DNA of 44,311 bases from IMG/VR virus record IMGVR_UViG_3300049009_000357, positions 1-44,311 of that record. The stretch is one strand, 5' to 3'. Made by a program: the position numbers and the translations under genes. Below, piece by piece: positions 1 to 8,875 of the stretch (position 1 is its first letter; each line of letters begins with the position of its first letter). Under the pieces are notes generated by a model. The model saw only the letters and a program-made list of their open reading frames with translations. It was not told where the DNA came from and did not search any database. Source of the stretch: a virus. Taxonomy: Duplodnaviria > Caudoviricetes.

Positions 1-38
1 GTGTACTGCCCGCAGAAGTTCAGAGATGTGCTCCCGCC

Positions 39-341
39 CTATCTTGGTGCGGTCGGCCACCCATCAATGCCGATGGTTTGCTTTGGCCTGTACTCGTGAC
101 CAAAATCCTTGGCTGTCTTTTTCAAGTGGCAAACTTTACAGAGTAATTCTTTGTTGCTCTCGTGGTCTGATCCACCCATACACAGTGGCTTGATGTGATC
201 TACTTCATCACCTGGCCTTATGTATCCATTACGCTTGCAGGCTTGGCATAATCCGTTATCCCTTGCCTTGATCTTGTTGCGATCATTGACGCCAGTCGTT
301 CCGCGCTTGCGCTCTGCCTGCTGATTTGCGGGTCTGCGCAC
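39..341 (-). CDS. Terminase-associated HNH endonuclease (HK97 gp74-like)
   Basis: RDNGLCQAC...VDHIKPL..GGSD..SNKELLCKVCHLKKT and C-terminal IGIDGWP; directly upstream of terS on the circular map; GTG at 341 preferred over the track start, which overlaps the upstream gene. Confidence 0.85.
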   Translation of the reverse strand: MRRPANQQAERKRGTTGVNDRNKIKARDNGLCQACKRNGYIRPGDEVDHIKPLCMGGSDHESNKELLCKVCHLKKTAKDFGHEYRPKQTIGIDGWPTAPR

Positions 342-343
342 AA

Positions 344-760
344 TTAAACTTCGGTCAGGAAACCGGCAGCTCCATCGAAATCTAGCGTGAGCGTTTCCGT
401 ATCGGCCAGAGTTATGCTTGAGCCGTAATCGAACCATGCAATCAATGGGTCGGCAGGGCTTGTGGGCGTGTCGTTGTATACCACTGCATACCGGAACGGG
501 CCTACAGTGCCACCTGATGCAGTCAACACTAAGTCGGTCAGCGTCAGCTTATATGTGCCAGTAGTGTGCGCACTTGATGCTGTAGTAATCGCCCTGGTTG
601 AGCAGTTGGTGTATGTAATCTCTGTGATGTTCGCCAATACGGTATTGGTGGCAACCGGCGCAGTGTTGGTCAATGCGACCCTTAGTGCGCCAGTGCTTAG
701 GTTATGCACACCGTGGGCCTTATCCTGCACAAATACTTGAAACTTGTTATAAGCAGCCAT
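344..760 (-). CDS. Virion structural protein (~135-aa family, cassette A); distant paralog of 40275-40682
   Basis: Thr/Ala-rich beta-type composition; LRVAL...TGTYKL..TDLVLTA...AVVYNDT...LIAWFD pattern echoed in 40275-40682. Confidence 0.6.
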   Translation of the reverse strand: MAAYNKFQVFVQDKAHGVHNLSTGALRVALTNTAPVATNTVLANITEITYTNCSTRAITTASSAHTTGTYKLTLTDLVLTASGGTVGPFRYAVVYNDTPTSPADPLIAWFDYGSSITLADTETLTLDFDGAAGFLTEV

Positions 761-773
761 TTTTTAAACCCTA

Positions 774-2369
774 TTAATTGTGACGTTTGCCAGTTGATGT
801 GTTGCCACGTACAGCTGCTGAAAGGTTTGCTCTGCTGCTGTCAACAGAAACATAGTTCCCGCTTCTTGCTCTCGCCAATACAACTGGCGCAGGAGCCACG
901 TCAGCGCTGTAGGTCAGAACCGTGTCATATCCTGTTAGGCTGTATGATCCAGATGTAAAGCTCGCGTATCGCGCTGCCTTGAGCGTTGCGGCCGATCCGG
1001 TGTCTGAGTAGCTGCCCTGCGCCAGCGTTACACTGTAGCCCTTGAGCGTCAGTACAGGCTGGCCAGTGTCGGCGTAAGTGCCGGTGACAGTGGAAATCTT
1101 ACGAGATACTTTAAGCGCGACAACTTCCCCGGCAACAGAGTAGCTGCCCTGCCCGATTGCAACTGTGTAAGTTGATGCGCCAGCACCGCTATAAATTAAA
1201 TCAGCGACGTTCCCGGTGCCGGAATATGAGCCTTGCTCCCCGATCAGTGCGAAGCCGCGCCTTAAAGCAGCGTTCTGGCCTGAGTCAGTGTAGGCGCCTT
1301 GCACTGCGGCGATGGTGCGGGTTGCGCGTATCGCTACCGATTGCCCGGTGTCTGTGTATGAGCCTTGAACAATCGGCAATTGCCTGCCGAATGCCAAGCC
1401 TAATGACTGCCCTGTGTAAGTGTACGCGCCCTGGGCAACTGGCAACTTATGCCCAAAACTTAGGCCCGCCGTTTGACCTGATAAAGCAAAAGAGCCTTGC
1501 GCCAGGGCAAGCAGTCTCGCTGCTCTGACCGATGCGGCTGTTCCAGTGTCGGCGTAAGTGCCGGTGACAGTCGCTAAAGTGTAAGAACCGGCCGATCCGG
1601 GTATTCCAAAAAACCAATCAGGTTCTTGCTGAAAAATAAGCTCCGGCCATTGGGCCAGATCAAAATGCTCGTGGGCCGTCAGCCCTTGCGAGGGATGATC
1701 GAATAGGAATAGCGGCCCTATGGTTCCGTCAAAGTTTCTAGTAGCGCCGTTGTCTCTATTGCCTATATTCATCACGGTTGATGTAGCTGCATAGGCTCCG
1801 ACTGCTGCGGATTCCGTCTGCATAGTTACAGGAATGCCGTTTCTGTAACCTTGGGGGTCATTGCCGGAGCTTCGGCAATCGTGTGTTAACGCATAGCACA
1901 TCCACACGTTGAGCGGCGGCCCCGAAGTCGCTGTTGTGTATGACCACTGCCCAAGAGTGCTAGTGCCTGCGTGGGTATAATACAGCTCACGGCCTCCTGC
2001 GGCTGTTACCCACAGCGCCTCTGATTGCGCAACCGATCCGGTATTACCCGATTGTTGAAAAACTCGCCCTAAATTGCCGCCCCCAACTGAGAGTGCATAA
2101 GAAAAAGTGACAAGAGACCGAAAGGCTACTGACGTAGTAAAGACCGGTGCATCCACTCTGTCGGCAGTGCCTGTGCCGTAAGTTGCCCCGAATCCGGTCA
2201 TTACGCCAAACTTGTCGGCTCTTTTCTTTGGGCCGCCAGCTAGTAGGGAAGCGCCCGTCCAGCCTTGGGTTTTTGTCCAAAAGATGCCGTTGCCAAGACT
2301 GACAAATACAAGCCCCCTATCAATCCAATACTGACTGAGAGGCTGTGGGTTACTAGGTAACATCCCCAT
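774..2369 (-). CDS. Putative fibre/scaffold protein: N-terminal LamG/ConA-like domain plus ten ~22-aa repeats
   Basis: WMCYALTHD...YRNG...MNIGNR...RNFDGTIGPLFLF resembles a LamG jelly roll; ten GxYxxTG-type repeats in the C-terminal half. Confidence 0.6.
   Translation of the reverse strand: MGMLPSNPQPLSQYWIDRGLVFVSLGNGIFWTKTQGWTGASLLAGGPKKRADKFGVMTGFGATYGTGTADRVDAPVFTTSVAFRSLVTFSYALSVGGGNLGRVFQQSGNTGSVAQSEALWVTAAGGRELYYTHAGTSTLGQWSYTTATSGPPLNVWMCYALTHDCRSSGNDPQGYRNGIPVTMQTESAAVGAYAATSTVMNIGNRDNGATRNFDGTIGPLFLFDHPSQGLTAHEHFDLAQWPELIFQQEPDWFFGIPGSAGSYTLATVTGTYADTGTAASVRAARLLALAQGSFALSGQTAGLSFGHKLPVAQGAYTYTGQSLGLAFGRQLPIVQGSYTDTGQSVAIRATRTIAAVQGAYTDSGQNAALRRGFALIGEQGSYSGTGNVADLIYSGAGASTYTVAIGQGSYSVAGEVVALKVSRKISTVTGTYADTGQPVLTLKGYSVTLAQGSYSDTGSAATLKAARYASFTSGSYSLTGYDTVLTYSADVAPAPVVLARARSGNYVSVDSSRANLSAAVRGNTSTGKRHN
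1063..1571. repeat. 29-bp exact direct repeat CCAGTGTCGGCGTAAGTGCCGGTGACAGT at 1063-1091 and 1543-1571
   Basis: Read directly; copies are 480 bp (160 codons) apart. Confidence 0.9.
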
Positions 2370-2378
2370 AGCGAACCC

Positions 2379-2906
2379 TTAAGTATAGCTGCCGATTATT
2401 GGCGTGGCGTAAACAGCAGAGCCTGCTGCCGCCAGTCCCGCTGTGGTTGTGGTTGCGCAGTTATGTGAGATGTAAATAGCAAAGTATGGAGGCAAAGAGC
2501 CACCAAACCGTGAAGCAACTCCTGCGCACATCTTTGCGTAGATTTCGCTTGCACCACTGTCCACTGTGATTGAAGCAATCAACTCGCACAAACAATCTCG
2601 CTGCTCGGTGTCCACAAAGCTCAGTGCGCCCTCGGTGCCAATAGTGCCGGTCGCTGTTGCGGGCCATGTCGGTGTGTCGTTTAGTGCTGGCACAATATAG
2701 ATATTGATAAACCCGGCTTGCCGGTTGCTGGCGTGTGTCGTAAACGTAGTGCCGATTAACCAATCAATGTATTTATTGCTGGTATTGTTAAAACTGGCGC
2801 TAGACCAGCCCGTGAGCCAATCTTGCGAGCTGGCCAACGAATGCAGGCTCGTAACAGTTAATGCTGTTGTTGCTGCACCATACCCTCGAAGAATGTTGCC
2901 AGCCAT
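2379..2906 (-). CDS. Putative virion structural protein (beta-rich, cassette A)
   Basis: 175 aa, Thr/Ser/Ala-rich, coupled to upstream gene by TAATG. Confidence 0.5.
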   Translation of the reverse strand: MAGNILRGYGAATTALTVTSLHSLASSQDWLTGWSSASFNNTSNKYIDWLIGTTFTTHASNRQAGFINIYIVPALNDTPTWPATATGTIGTEGALSFVDTEQRDCLCELIASITVDSGASEIYAKMCAGVASRFGGSLPPYFAIYISHNCATTTTAGLAAAGSAVYATPIIGSYT

Positions 2907-3484
2907 TAGGGAATGTTCCTCGCTTCTTGAATTTCATCGGACGAGACATTGCCCTCTAGTACCAGCAGTTTTGCTGTGGCTGGGCCAGTGGTTGAGTCTA
3001 CTATTGCGTACAGCGCCTCAAAGCGGTTGGCTTTTCGCATCCCTGCGGATAGCGCAGTAATGCCGCCAGCGCCTCCTGCCGATACAGCAGCTCCGTTTGC
3101 ACCTGCCGGGAGTCCCGTTACTGCGTCACGCAGGCCAGCGCGTACTGTTATGCGCGTCATATCCAGCGTTTCACGGCCTTGTAGTATTGTGCCTAGTATG
3201 GCTTGCTTAATCATAAGCTGCTGCGCTCGATTAAGCTGCAACATTGAGAGCGCAGGAGAATCCCCAATAGCGGGGACGTCTGTTGGAGTATACCGGGTCA
3301 TGTCCAGTGCGTTGAGTATTGCCTCCACAGGTGCGGAAGTCTGCCACACGTCCACATTGGAAACGGTGTTGTAAGCATCCCTGATCTCAACAGAGGCCAG
3401 ATTGGTCATTGGCAGCGCCGATAATATCGGATCGGCCAGAATGCTGTTTTTAAGTGTTAAAAGCTGCGCAGGTGTTAAGCTCAT
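2906..3484 (-). CDS. Hypothetical protein (cassette A, helical; possible chaperone or structural)
   Basis: 192-aa ORF beginning MSLTPAQLLTLKNSILADP, coupled to the next gene. Confidence 0.55.
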   Translation of the reverse strand: MSLTPAQLLTLKNSILADPILSALPMTNLASVEIRDAYNTVSNVDVWQTSAPVEAILNALDMTRYTPTDVPAIGDSPALSMLQLNRAQQLMIKQAILGTILQGRETLDMTRITVRAGLRDAVTGLPAGANGAAVSAGGAGGITALSAGMRKANRFEALYAIVDSTTGPATAKLLVLEGNVSSDEIQEARNIP

Positions 3485-3505
3485 TATGTTTTCCCGGTAT
3501 GATAA

Positions 3506-3772
3506 TTAATTACTGCCGCAAGCGCTGACAAGTGCCGCCAATTCTGTGGGCGTTACCTGAAATTCAGAGGGCAGCTCAATCCGTTTATAACTGATCCTTG
3601 ACTCAGACCAGGTAGCGTCAATATCAGCCGTCGCGCACAGGACAGCGTTGTCATCAGGATCGACGCCCAGCGTATTTTCGAGCGTCGTGCCCGCGCAACT
3701 GGAAATCATAATTGCTACAAAAACGAGCAATAACAGCGGAATGATAGTTAATTTGACTTGGGGTGTTGTCAT
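3506..3772 (-). CDS. Lipoprotein, possible spanin component
   Basis: Hydrophobic stretch IIPLLLLVFVAIMI followed by SSC (lipobox-like) at the end of the lysis cassette; start uncertain (3772 or 3799). Confidence 0.5.
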   Translation of the reverse strand: MTTPQVKLTIIPLLLLVFVAIMISSCAGTTLENTLGVDPDDNAVLCATADIDATWSESRISYKRIELPSEFQVTPTELAALVSACGSN

Positions 3773-3817
3773 GTCGCTAAAACCTGATTTTATGTACATG
3801 TTTTCGGGATGTGTCGA

Positions 3818-4189
3818 TTACTTAAATGCGGCAGCAATAGACTGATACCAGCGAACCGCTTTATACATAGCGCCACGTTGCGACCATCGAACATCTAAAT
3901 GGCGCATGGCCTCGCGGAAAATCTTGTCAGCAGTCTCTTGGGTGATGCCTTCGTTGTCTTTGTAGATGCACAGATAATCGTGAACTACAGCGGCTCGTCG
4001 ATGCTTGCCGTTGACCTGGACAACTGAATGAAGGAACCAGGGAATTGAAGCGAAGTCTGTCTCAAAGCCTATTGGGACAATGATTTCGCGATTGATATAA
4101 TCTGAGTAATAAACAAGCGGCTCGCACAGAATAAACATGCCCTCTGCGTCCATTACTTCGACGCGTAAAGGGGATCTGAATTCAGCCAT
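3818..4189 (-). CDS. DUF1353 family protein
   Basis: VPIGFETDFASIPW...AAVVHDYL...ADKIFREAM...MYKAVR motif set; in lysis cassette. Confidence 0.8.
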   Translation of the reverse strand: MAEFRSPLRVEVMDAEGMFILCEPLVYYSDYINREIIVPIGFETDFASIPWFLHSVVQVNGKHRRAAVVHDYLCIYKDNEGITQETADKIFREAMRHLDVRWSQRGAMYKAVRWYQSIAAAFK

Positions 4190-4596
4190 TAGCCTTCTCT
4201 CATGATCTTTGCGAGAGTTTCGGCCCGCTTGCCAACTTGCTTATGCCACTGGCTGTCTAGCATCTGCTTTGCAGCTTCCGCGTAATCCTGGCGTTCCAGT
4301 GCGGCCCACATGAGCTTAAATCCGCCTAACCTTCGAGCACCCATGTTGAACATCATTTCAACCAGCACGTTCTGCCGGTTGTCGCTGTGTTTGCGCCAGT
4401 CTTTAAAATATCGTTCGAGATGGGCAATGGCAGAATTGATGTCGTCATCAAGAATCTGATTGATTGCGGCCTGGCTGATAGGATTGGTCATTAAATGCCC
4501 GACGCCGATCGTTTCGTTCCCCTCGCTGTCATCGTATGGCAGGTTGCGCCATCCCTCGTGAGTGATCAGAGATTGGCGCAGCGTTTCGAGGTTCAC
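4189..4596 (-). CDS. Endolysin, GH24/T4-type lysozyme
   Basis: HEG.R..PY.DSEG..TIGVGH catalytic region; MMFNMG; AAKQMLDS.W.KQVG.RA. Confidence 0.9.
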   Translation of the reverse strand: MNLETLRQSLITHEGWRNLPYDDSEGNETIGVGHLMTNPISQAAINQILDDDINSAIAHLERYFKDWRKHSDNRQNVLVEMMFNMGARRLGGFKLMWAALERQDYAEAAKQMLDSQWHKQVGKRAETLAKIMREG

Positions 4597-4850
4597 TTAT
4601 CAACTTTCCAGAATTCGGCCATCATCCCAATTGCTAATGCCCCAAGCAAAAAGGCTGTAATCATGCCGGTCGCTGTCTTCAGCATCGTCTGGCGCACATC
4701 CCTCCACGCATCGAGCAAAGATCGAAGCTCGGCAACGTCTTTAGGAGCGTCGTCGTCTTGCAGTCCCAGGCTGTGCAAAGCTTTCTGCGCTCCTTTCTCT
4801 GCCGCCCGCTCCAGCATGGCTTCAAGTTCTACCGAGGTAAGTTCTGACAT
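4593..4850 (-). CDS. Holin-like protein (DUF6127-like)
   Basis: ELEAMLERAAEKGA..AL..LGL.D..A..D..ELR.LLDAWR plus C-terminal hydrophobic helix; immediately upstream of endolysin. Confidence 0.65.
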   Translation of the reverse strand: MSELTSVELEAMLERAAEKGAQKALHSLGLQDDDAPKDVAELRSLLDAWRDVRQTMLKTATGMITAFLLGALAIGMMAEFWKVDK

Positions 4851-4866
4851 AGATCGCCACGCATAT

Positions 4867-4891
4867 AAAAAACCCGCAATTAAGCGGGGTT
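4867..4891 (-). terminator. Intrinsic terminator before lysis genes
   Basis: CCCGC-TTAATT-GCGGG followed by T6 on the minus strand. Confidence 0.7.
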
Positions 4892-5008
4892 GTTGAATTA
4901 ACGGCCTGTTGCGGCAATTTCAGGTCGGCCAATCCTGACTGTAGTCGGGCTATACCCAGACTCTGCCTATTCCCACTTAGTGCGGGGAATTTCTATGATT
5001 CAGAAACG

Positions 5009-5039
5009 AAAAAACCCCGGCCTTTTGAGCCAGGGTTTC
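5009..5039 (-). terminator. tR'-like intrinsic terminator
   Basis: CCCTGGC-TCAAAAG-GCCGGGG followed by T6, just downstream of the late promoter. Confidence 0.75.
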
Positions 5040-5070
5040 TGAATGTGGACGCGTTGAACGCAAAAACACT

Positions 5071-5113
5071 AATTTACGCGACCACGATACACTAACTGGT
5101 CCTGATGTGTCAA
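5071..5113 (-). promoter_or_regulatory. Late promoter pR' with candidate sigma70 pause element
   Basis: TTGACA (5113-5108), 18-nt spacer, TATCGT (5089-5084), then a -10-like TAAATT (5076-5071) in the initially transcribed region, as in Q-regulated promoters. Confidence 0.6.
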
Positions 5114-5547
5114 GCTGTTTGAGCAGATTCACACAGTTTATTTTCAATTTGCTCCAGCGCGTGGCGTCTGGCATTAAAAAACCGATCTCGGCCAGTCCGC
5201 ATTGCCTCAATCGCTTTATTAACCGGCTGCCACTTGATATAGACCCGATCAAGTATCTCCAGCTCGTACCTATCAAGGCCAACAGTTGCCGCGTGTATCT
5301 CCATCCCCCTGGCGTCTGATATATCCACAAGCGCGTCCCACGCAGTTGATTCTGGCCTGCTGCCCCGGAATTTGATTTGCGATTTATGCCCCAGACTATG
5401 CCTTTCACCCTTCGCGCACCACTTGCCGTACTCCCATATTTCCGTCACTTCCTCAAGCCGCTGGTTATTGCTAAGGCGACCAATGTCTGCCTTGGTCATC
5501 CAGTCTATCAATTCTTCCGCTATGATCCGCGCAGTGGTCTGGCTCAT
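5110..5547 (-). CDS. Late antiterminator Q-like protein
   Basis: WEYGKW N-terminal motif, C-terminal HTH-like region, position before pR', tR' and lysis genes. Confidence 0.6.
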   Translation of the reverse strand: MSQTTARIIAEELIDWMTKADIGRLSNNQRLEEVTEIWEYGKWCAKGERHSLGHKSQIKFRGSRPESTAWDALVDISDARGMEIHAATVGLDRYELEILDRVYIKWQPVNKAIEAMRTGRDRFFNARRHALEQIENKLCESAQTA

Positions 5548-5837
5548 AATTCCCCCAAGAGGTAAGGTTTGGACAGGCGCAAAAGTTTTAAGTCTTCCAG
5601 CTTGTTGTTGATTATCCGCAGCCTGCCGCCGTGCGTGGGCGCAATTAACGGCTTAAGCGTTCCATCTTTCCTCAGCCTCTCGCATGTTCGGCACTGTCCA
5701 TCCGATACCCGCCTAAACCCCTCGTGACCCCTGACGCATTTCCCTCCCCTATACAGTTTATGACCAAGCAACCTCGCAAACTCTCGACTCATGCTTTCTC
5801 GCTCCGGTTCGGTTACGCATAGACGGATTTTTTCCAC
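5544..5837 (-). CDS. Hypothetical protein with Cys/His (Zn-binding-like) motif
   Basis: GGKCVRGH...R.VSDGQCRTC. Confidence 0.5.
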   Translation of the reverse strand: MEKIRLCVTEPERESMSREFARLLGHKLYRGGKCVRGHEGFRRVSDGQCRTCERLRKDGTLKPLIAPTHGGRLRIINNKLEDLKLLRLSKPYLLGEL

Positions 5838-5902
5838 CTGCGCGAAAACAGAAAAATAAATAGGCTTTTGGCTTGTTTTATTTGTTCCGATGGCTTGCTT
5901 TG

Positions 5903-6103
5903 TTATCTCATCAAGCCCCCCATTGCATTCACCACCCGATGTAAGCGCTGAACCTCCAGCGCCAGTAATTCACACGCGCTGATCAGCTCCCTGTGTTGCT
6001 GCTTTTTGTATTCGCATTCCGCAATCATCATTTTATTTTGAGCGATTGCGCCCTCTGCCTGGCCAATCAATCGGTCTATGTCTGGCCTCATCAGGGCGCT
6101 CAT
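5903..6103 (-). CDS. Hypothetical coiled-coil protein
   Basis: ATG at 6103 overlaps upstream stop (ATGA); 66 aa. Confidence 0.5.
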   Translation of the reverse strand: MSALMRPDIDRLIGQAEGAIAQNKMMIAECEYKKQQHRELISACELLALEVQRLHRVVNAMGGLMR

Positions 6104-6438
6104 GGCCTGTCGTCCTGCCCAGTGCCGCGAGCCTCGTAAGCAATGAGAAACATCAGGCAACAAGCGGCGTGATGCAAATGGCTTTTGCCGGTTTCCGCAT
6201 CGTTGCCGGTTTTTGCCCACCACGCCCAAAGATGGCGCATCAGTGCGGCGAATACCCTGCCCCATCTCATGCCAGCTTCCCAATTGCGGTCATTATATTT
6301 TGCCGCGCCAAAGGTCAGAATGTCGGCCAAAGCTGTCTGAATCTCAGGAGCTATCAAATCCATGCGCGGCTTGGTTTCGTCTGCTTTATATCCGGCCTCG
6401 CGCTGAATATCCGAAAGACTGCTTTTGATTGTTGTCAT
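6100..6438 (-). CDS. dATP/dGTP diphosphohydrolase-domain protein (DUF5664-like)
   Basis: K.DETKPRMDLI...LTFGAAKY.DRNWE.G...ALMRHL.AW...DAETGKSHLHHAACCLMFL. Confidence 0.85.
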   Translation of the reverse strand: MTTIKSSLSDIQREAGYKADETKPRMDLIAPEIQTALADILTFGAAKYNDRNWEAGMRWGRVFAALMRHLWAWWAKTGNDAETGKSHLHHAACCLMFLIAYEARGTGQDDRP

Positions 6439-6875
6439 ACCTTCGCCCTCAGTTTGTGAGTTACCACTTTGCCGCCCGTGCCCGTGTCGTGCTTCTTCGC
6501 CTCCATCACCGCCTGCCTTGGCGTCTTGCCGTTGCTAAGTGCCACCAGCGCGTAGCTTGATCCAGAACCTATCGCCCCGCGTTGTGATGCGACTGGATGC
6601 CATGACAGCTCGCCGTTGCTTGCTGTAATGTCCCAAAGCTCTGAGCCATCCCAGGCAAGGGCTTGCATATCAATTGCTTTCCTGAGCCTCCTGCTGCGCG
6701 CTATGAAGGCTCTGCATACTGCGTCACGATCAGCCAACGAACCGGCTAAAAAGAATTCGACGTCTTTAAATGCCGTGCGCTTGTCTGCCTCATCCGTGAT
6801 GATCTCGCCATCTGCCGTAATACGAGAATCACACGCAATTGATTTGCGGATCATGTCGAACGCAATAGTCGTCAC
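6435..6875 (-). CDS. Ntn-hydrolase, HslV/proteasome-beta-like peptidase
   Basis: N-terminal MTTIA (Thr nucleophile), DSRIT, AIGSGS.YA, D..TGG.V motifs. Confidence 0.75.
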   Translation of the reverse strand: MTTIAFDMIRKSIACDSRITADGEIITDEADKRTAFKDVEFFLAGSLADRDAVCRAFIARSRRLRKAIDMQALAWDGSELWDITASNGELSWHPVASQRGAIGSGSSYALVALSNGKTPRQAVMEAKKHDTGTGGKVVTHKLRAKV

Positions 6876-7081
6876 ACCCGCCTCCAGTTATAAAAATTCC
6901 AGCCAGCAATGCCGATATAAACCCCGCTGATAAAAATCAGATCGGGCATATTCATCTCATCGGCTCGTACCAGCCACAAACACTCTGCGGCGATACCGAA
7001 CAGCCAGCCGCAAGACAATCTCTGGCCCAGGCATATCAGTCCGGTTATCTGTAGAGCGTTGGCGAGCCAGCCAATGGTCAC
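6872..7081 (-). CDS. Small 3-TM membrane protein (half-PnuC/SemiSWEET-like)
   Basis: Three hydrophobic segments, GWL.G...LW...W..YNW pattern. Confidence 0.45.
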   Translation of the reverse strand: MTIGWLANALQITGLICLGQRLSCGWLFGIAAECLWLVRADEMNMPDLIFISGVYIGIAGWNFYNWRRV

Positions 7082-7662
7082 AACATCCCCTCCAGTTCCG
7101 CCAATCGTGTTAATTCAAGTCGTTTGTTTTTGTATTCGATCTCAATTTTTTTATAGTCTTCAGCAGTGCGCTTAATCGTGCCGTTTGTGGATTCCAATCT
7201 GAGAACCTCATACTCGCCATACTTTGCAAGCAGCCCTTTACGGTAGCGGACTTGATCGCCCGATTTATGTTTATTGCAGTCCGTGTTGTGCTGGCCATTG
7301 ACGTTAATCTCATCAAACCGTAGCAGACTATTATTACCAGCAGGAATGTAATGGCCAGCAGCATAATCAGTGCTGCAAATAGGCTTTCCGCAAGAAATAC
7401 AAGGCAGTCCTTTATCACGCTCACGGATGTACGCATTAAATTCTCTAATCGCCGCTGGCTTCCTGGTCTTAACATCGTTTTCATAAAATGCCCTCTTCTG
7501 TTTTGCGCGCACTTTCTGGACTGCCGACTGCGCTTTAACTCTTGCCTTGTATACCTGTGCCAGCGCCCACATGACTTTGTGATCCACGCAGCAAAAATGC
7601 TCTGTCTTTGGCGCATCCTTTGGGATGTTGTAGTCGCGGCAATGGCGGCAGCGTCTAGGCAT
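7078..7662 (-). CDS. ninG: NinG/Rap-family recombination endonuclease
   Basis: FNAYIRERD...CISCG...AGHY...LRFDE.N.NGQ...CN.HKSG...YR.GL. Confidence 0.85.
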   Translation of the reverse strand: MPRRCRHCRDYNIPKDAPKTEHFCCVDHKVMWALAQVYKARVKAQSAVQKVRAKQKRAFYENDVKTRKPAAIREFNAYIRERDKGLPCISCGKPICSTDYAAGHYIPAGNNSLLRFDEINVNGQHNTDCNKHKSGDQVRYRKGLLAKYGEYEVLRLESTNGTIKRTAEDYKKIEIEYKNKRLELTRLAELEGML

Positions 7663-8087
7663 TACGCTGCCGCCTGTTTAGATTCTTTACTCGGCCACTC
7701 CGGGCAAGTGACACCGTGACTGCTCGCCATATGCCGCGTGATTACGTCCAGCACTTGCGAGTATTCAATGCGGTCTGCTTCGGTTGTGGATAGCTTGTTA
7801 ATGACTGCTTCCTGTACTGGCTTCCAAATATTTTCCTTTACCGCGTTTTCAGTCCAAGGAATTTCGACTTCCGGCTTTAACGTCTTGCGCATATCAAGCC
7901 CGCTTGCGTTCAACAAGTCGGCAAGCATCCGGCACCAAAAATGAAGCGCATTATTTTGTGTCAATGTGCGCTGCTTACCTGGCCTATGTTTTGCCAGCAG
8001 GTATCTATGCTCGTACCAGTCTTTGCGGATATCACGGATGTATTCAGCAAGTGCAATCTCTGAGTCGATGCGTATATCGTCGCTCAT
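7662..8087 (-). CDS. NinB-like protein
   Basis: KQRTLTQN.ALH.WC..LA and STT motifs; adjacent to ninG. Confidence 0.55.
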   Translation of the reverse strand: MSDDIRIDSEIALAEYIRDIRKDWYEHRYLLAKHRPGKQRTLTQNNALHFWCRMLADLLNASGLDMRKTLKPEVEIPWTENAVKENIWKPVQEAVINKLSTTEADRIEYSQVLDVITRHMASSHGVTCPEWPSKESKQAAA

Positions 8088-8875
8088 GCCGCAACCTCCT
8101 GGCCGTATGTATCCCGCAAGTAACTCAGGCTGATAGGAAGCTCATCAAACGCGCCGTTATTAACATCGTTGAATATCCAGATTCCGCGCCACGATCTGTT
8201 GCCCTGCGGCCCTAGATAGTTTTCATCGTGCTGATAAAAGATGCCGACAAACAAGCCGGTGATACTCGAACCGTCCGCCCGGCGCGCAAAGTAAATATCC
8301 TTGTCCTGGACGTGGCCCATCACACAAGACATAAGCTTTTTATTCACCATAGCCCTTGCACTTGATACCGGCCTGCCCATTACTCCGCTGGTGAAATAAT
8401 GGCAATAACAAATGCCGTCTATCACGATAGGCTCAAGAAATTTGATAACCTCTAACCCCATGCGGGTTAATTCCAGGTCTTGCAATCCCATCATGCCTTC
8501 AAGTTTTGAATCGCGGTTTATCGCCTTTAAAATGCGATCCTCGTGATTGCCAAGAGTGAACACTATGCGCGGATTCCATTGCCTTTCCTTGTTCCTGATC
8601 CGCCTCGCCTGATCCGCTCTGATAGGCTCCAAGAATGATTCCATCGCCGCAACGCCTGCATTGATATCGTGCTTGTACCTTCTGCCCTCGAATGACTTGG
8701 TGCCGACGTCATAACTGCTAAGGCTTGGCATATCCCACCAGTCGCCAATAATTACGATTACATCCGGCTCCATCTTTACTGCGTACTTCCCGGCCCATAC
8801 CACATGGTCCATAGGATCGCCGGGCTTGCACTGCACGTCTGGTATCACAAGATGCCTTCGTTTACGTGCCTTCAT
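8084..8875 (-). CDS. Calcineurin-like metallophosphoesterase
   Basis: IPDVQ, IGDWWD, LGNHEDR, YCH, MGHVQ metal-binding motifs. Confidence 0.85.
   Translation of the reverse strand: MKARKRRHLVIPDVQCKPGDPMDHVVWAGKYAVKMEPDVIVIIGDWWDMPSLSSYDVGTKSFEGRRYKHDINAGVAAMESFLEPIRADQARRIRNKERQWNPRIVFTLGNHEDRILKAINRDSKLEGMMGLQDLELTRMGLEVIKFLEPIVIDGICYCHYFTSGVMGRPVSSARAMVNKKLMSCVMGHVQDKDIYFARRADGSSITGLFVGIFYQHDENYLGPQGNRSWRGIWIFNDVNNGAFDELPISLSYLRDTYGQEVAA

Noticed and set aside
4977-5408. 143-aa alternative-frame ORF overlapping Q
   Set aside because: Runs across pR' and tR' and has no recognisable motif
6100-6438. Z-base (2-aminoadenine) or other DNA modification pathway
   Set aside because: No PurZ, DNA polymerase or other pathway genes seen
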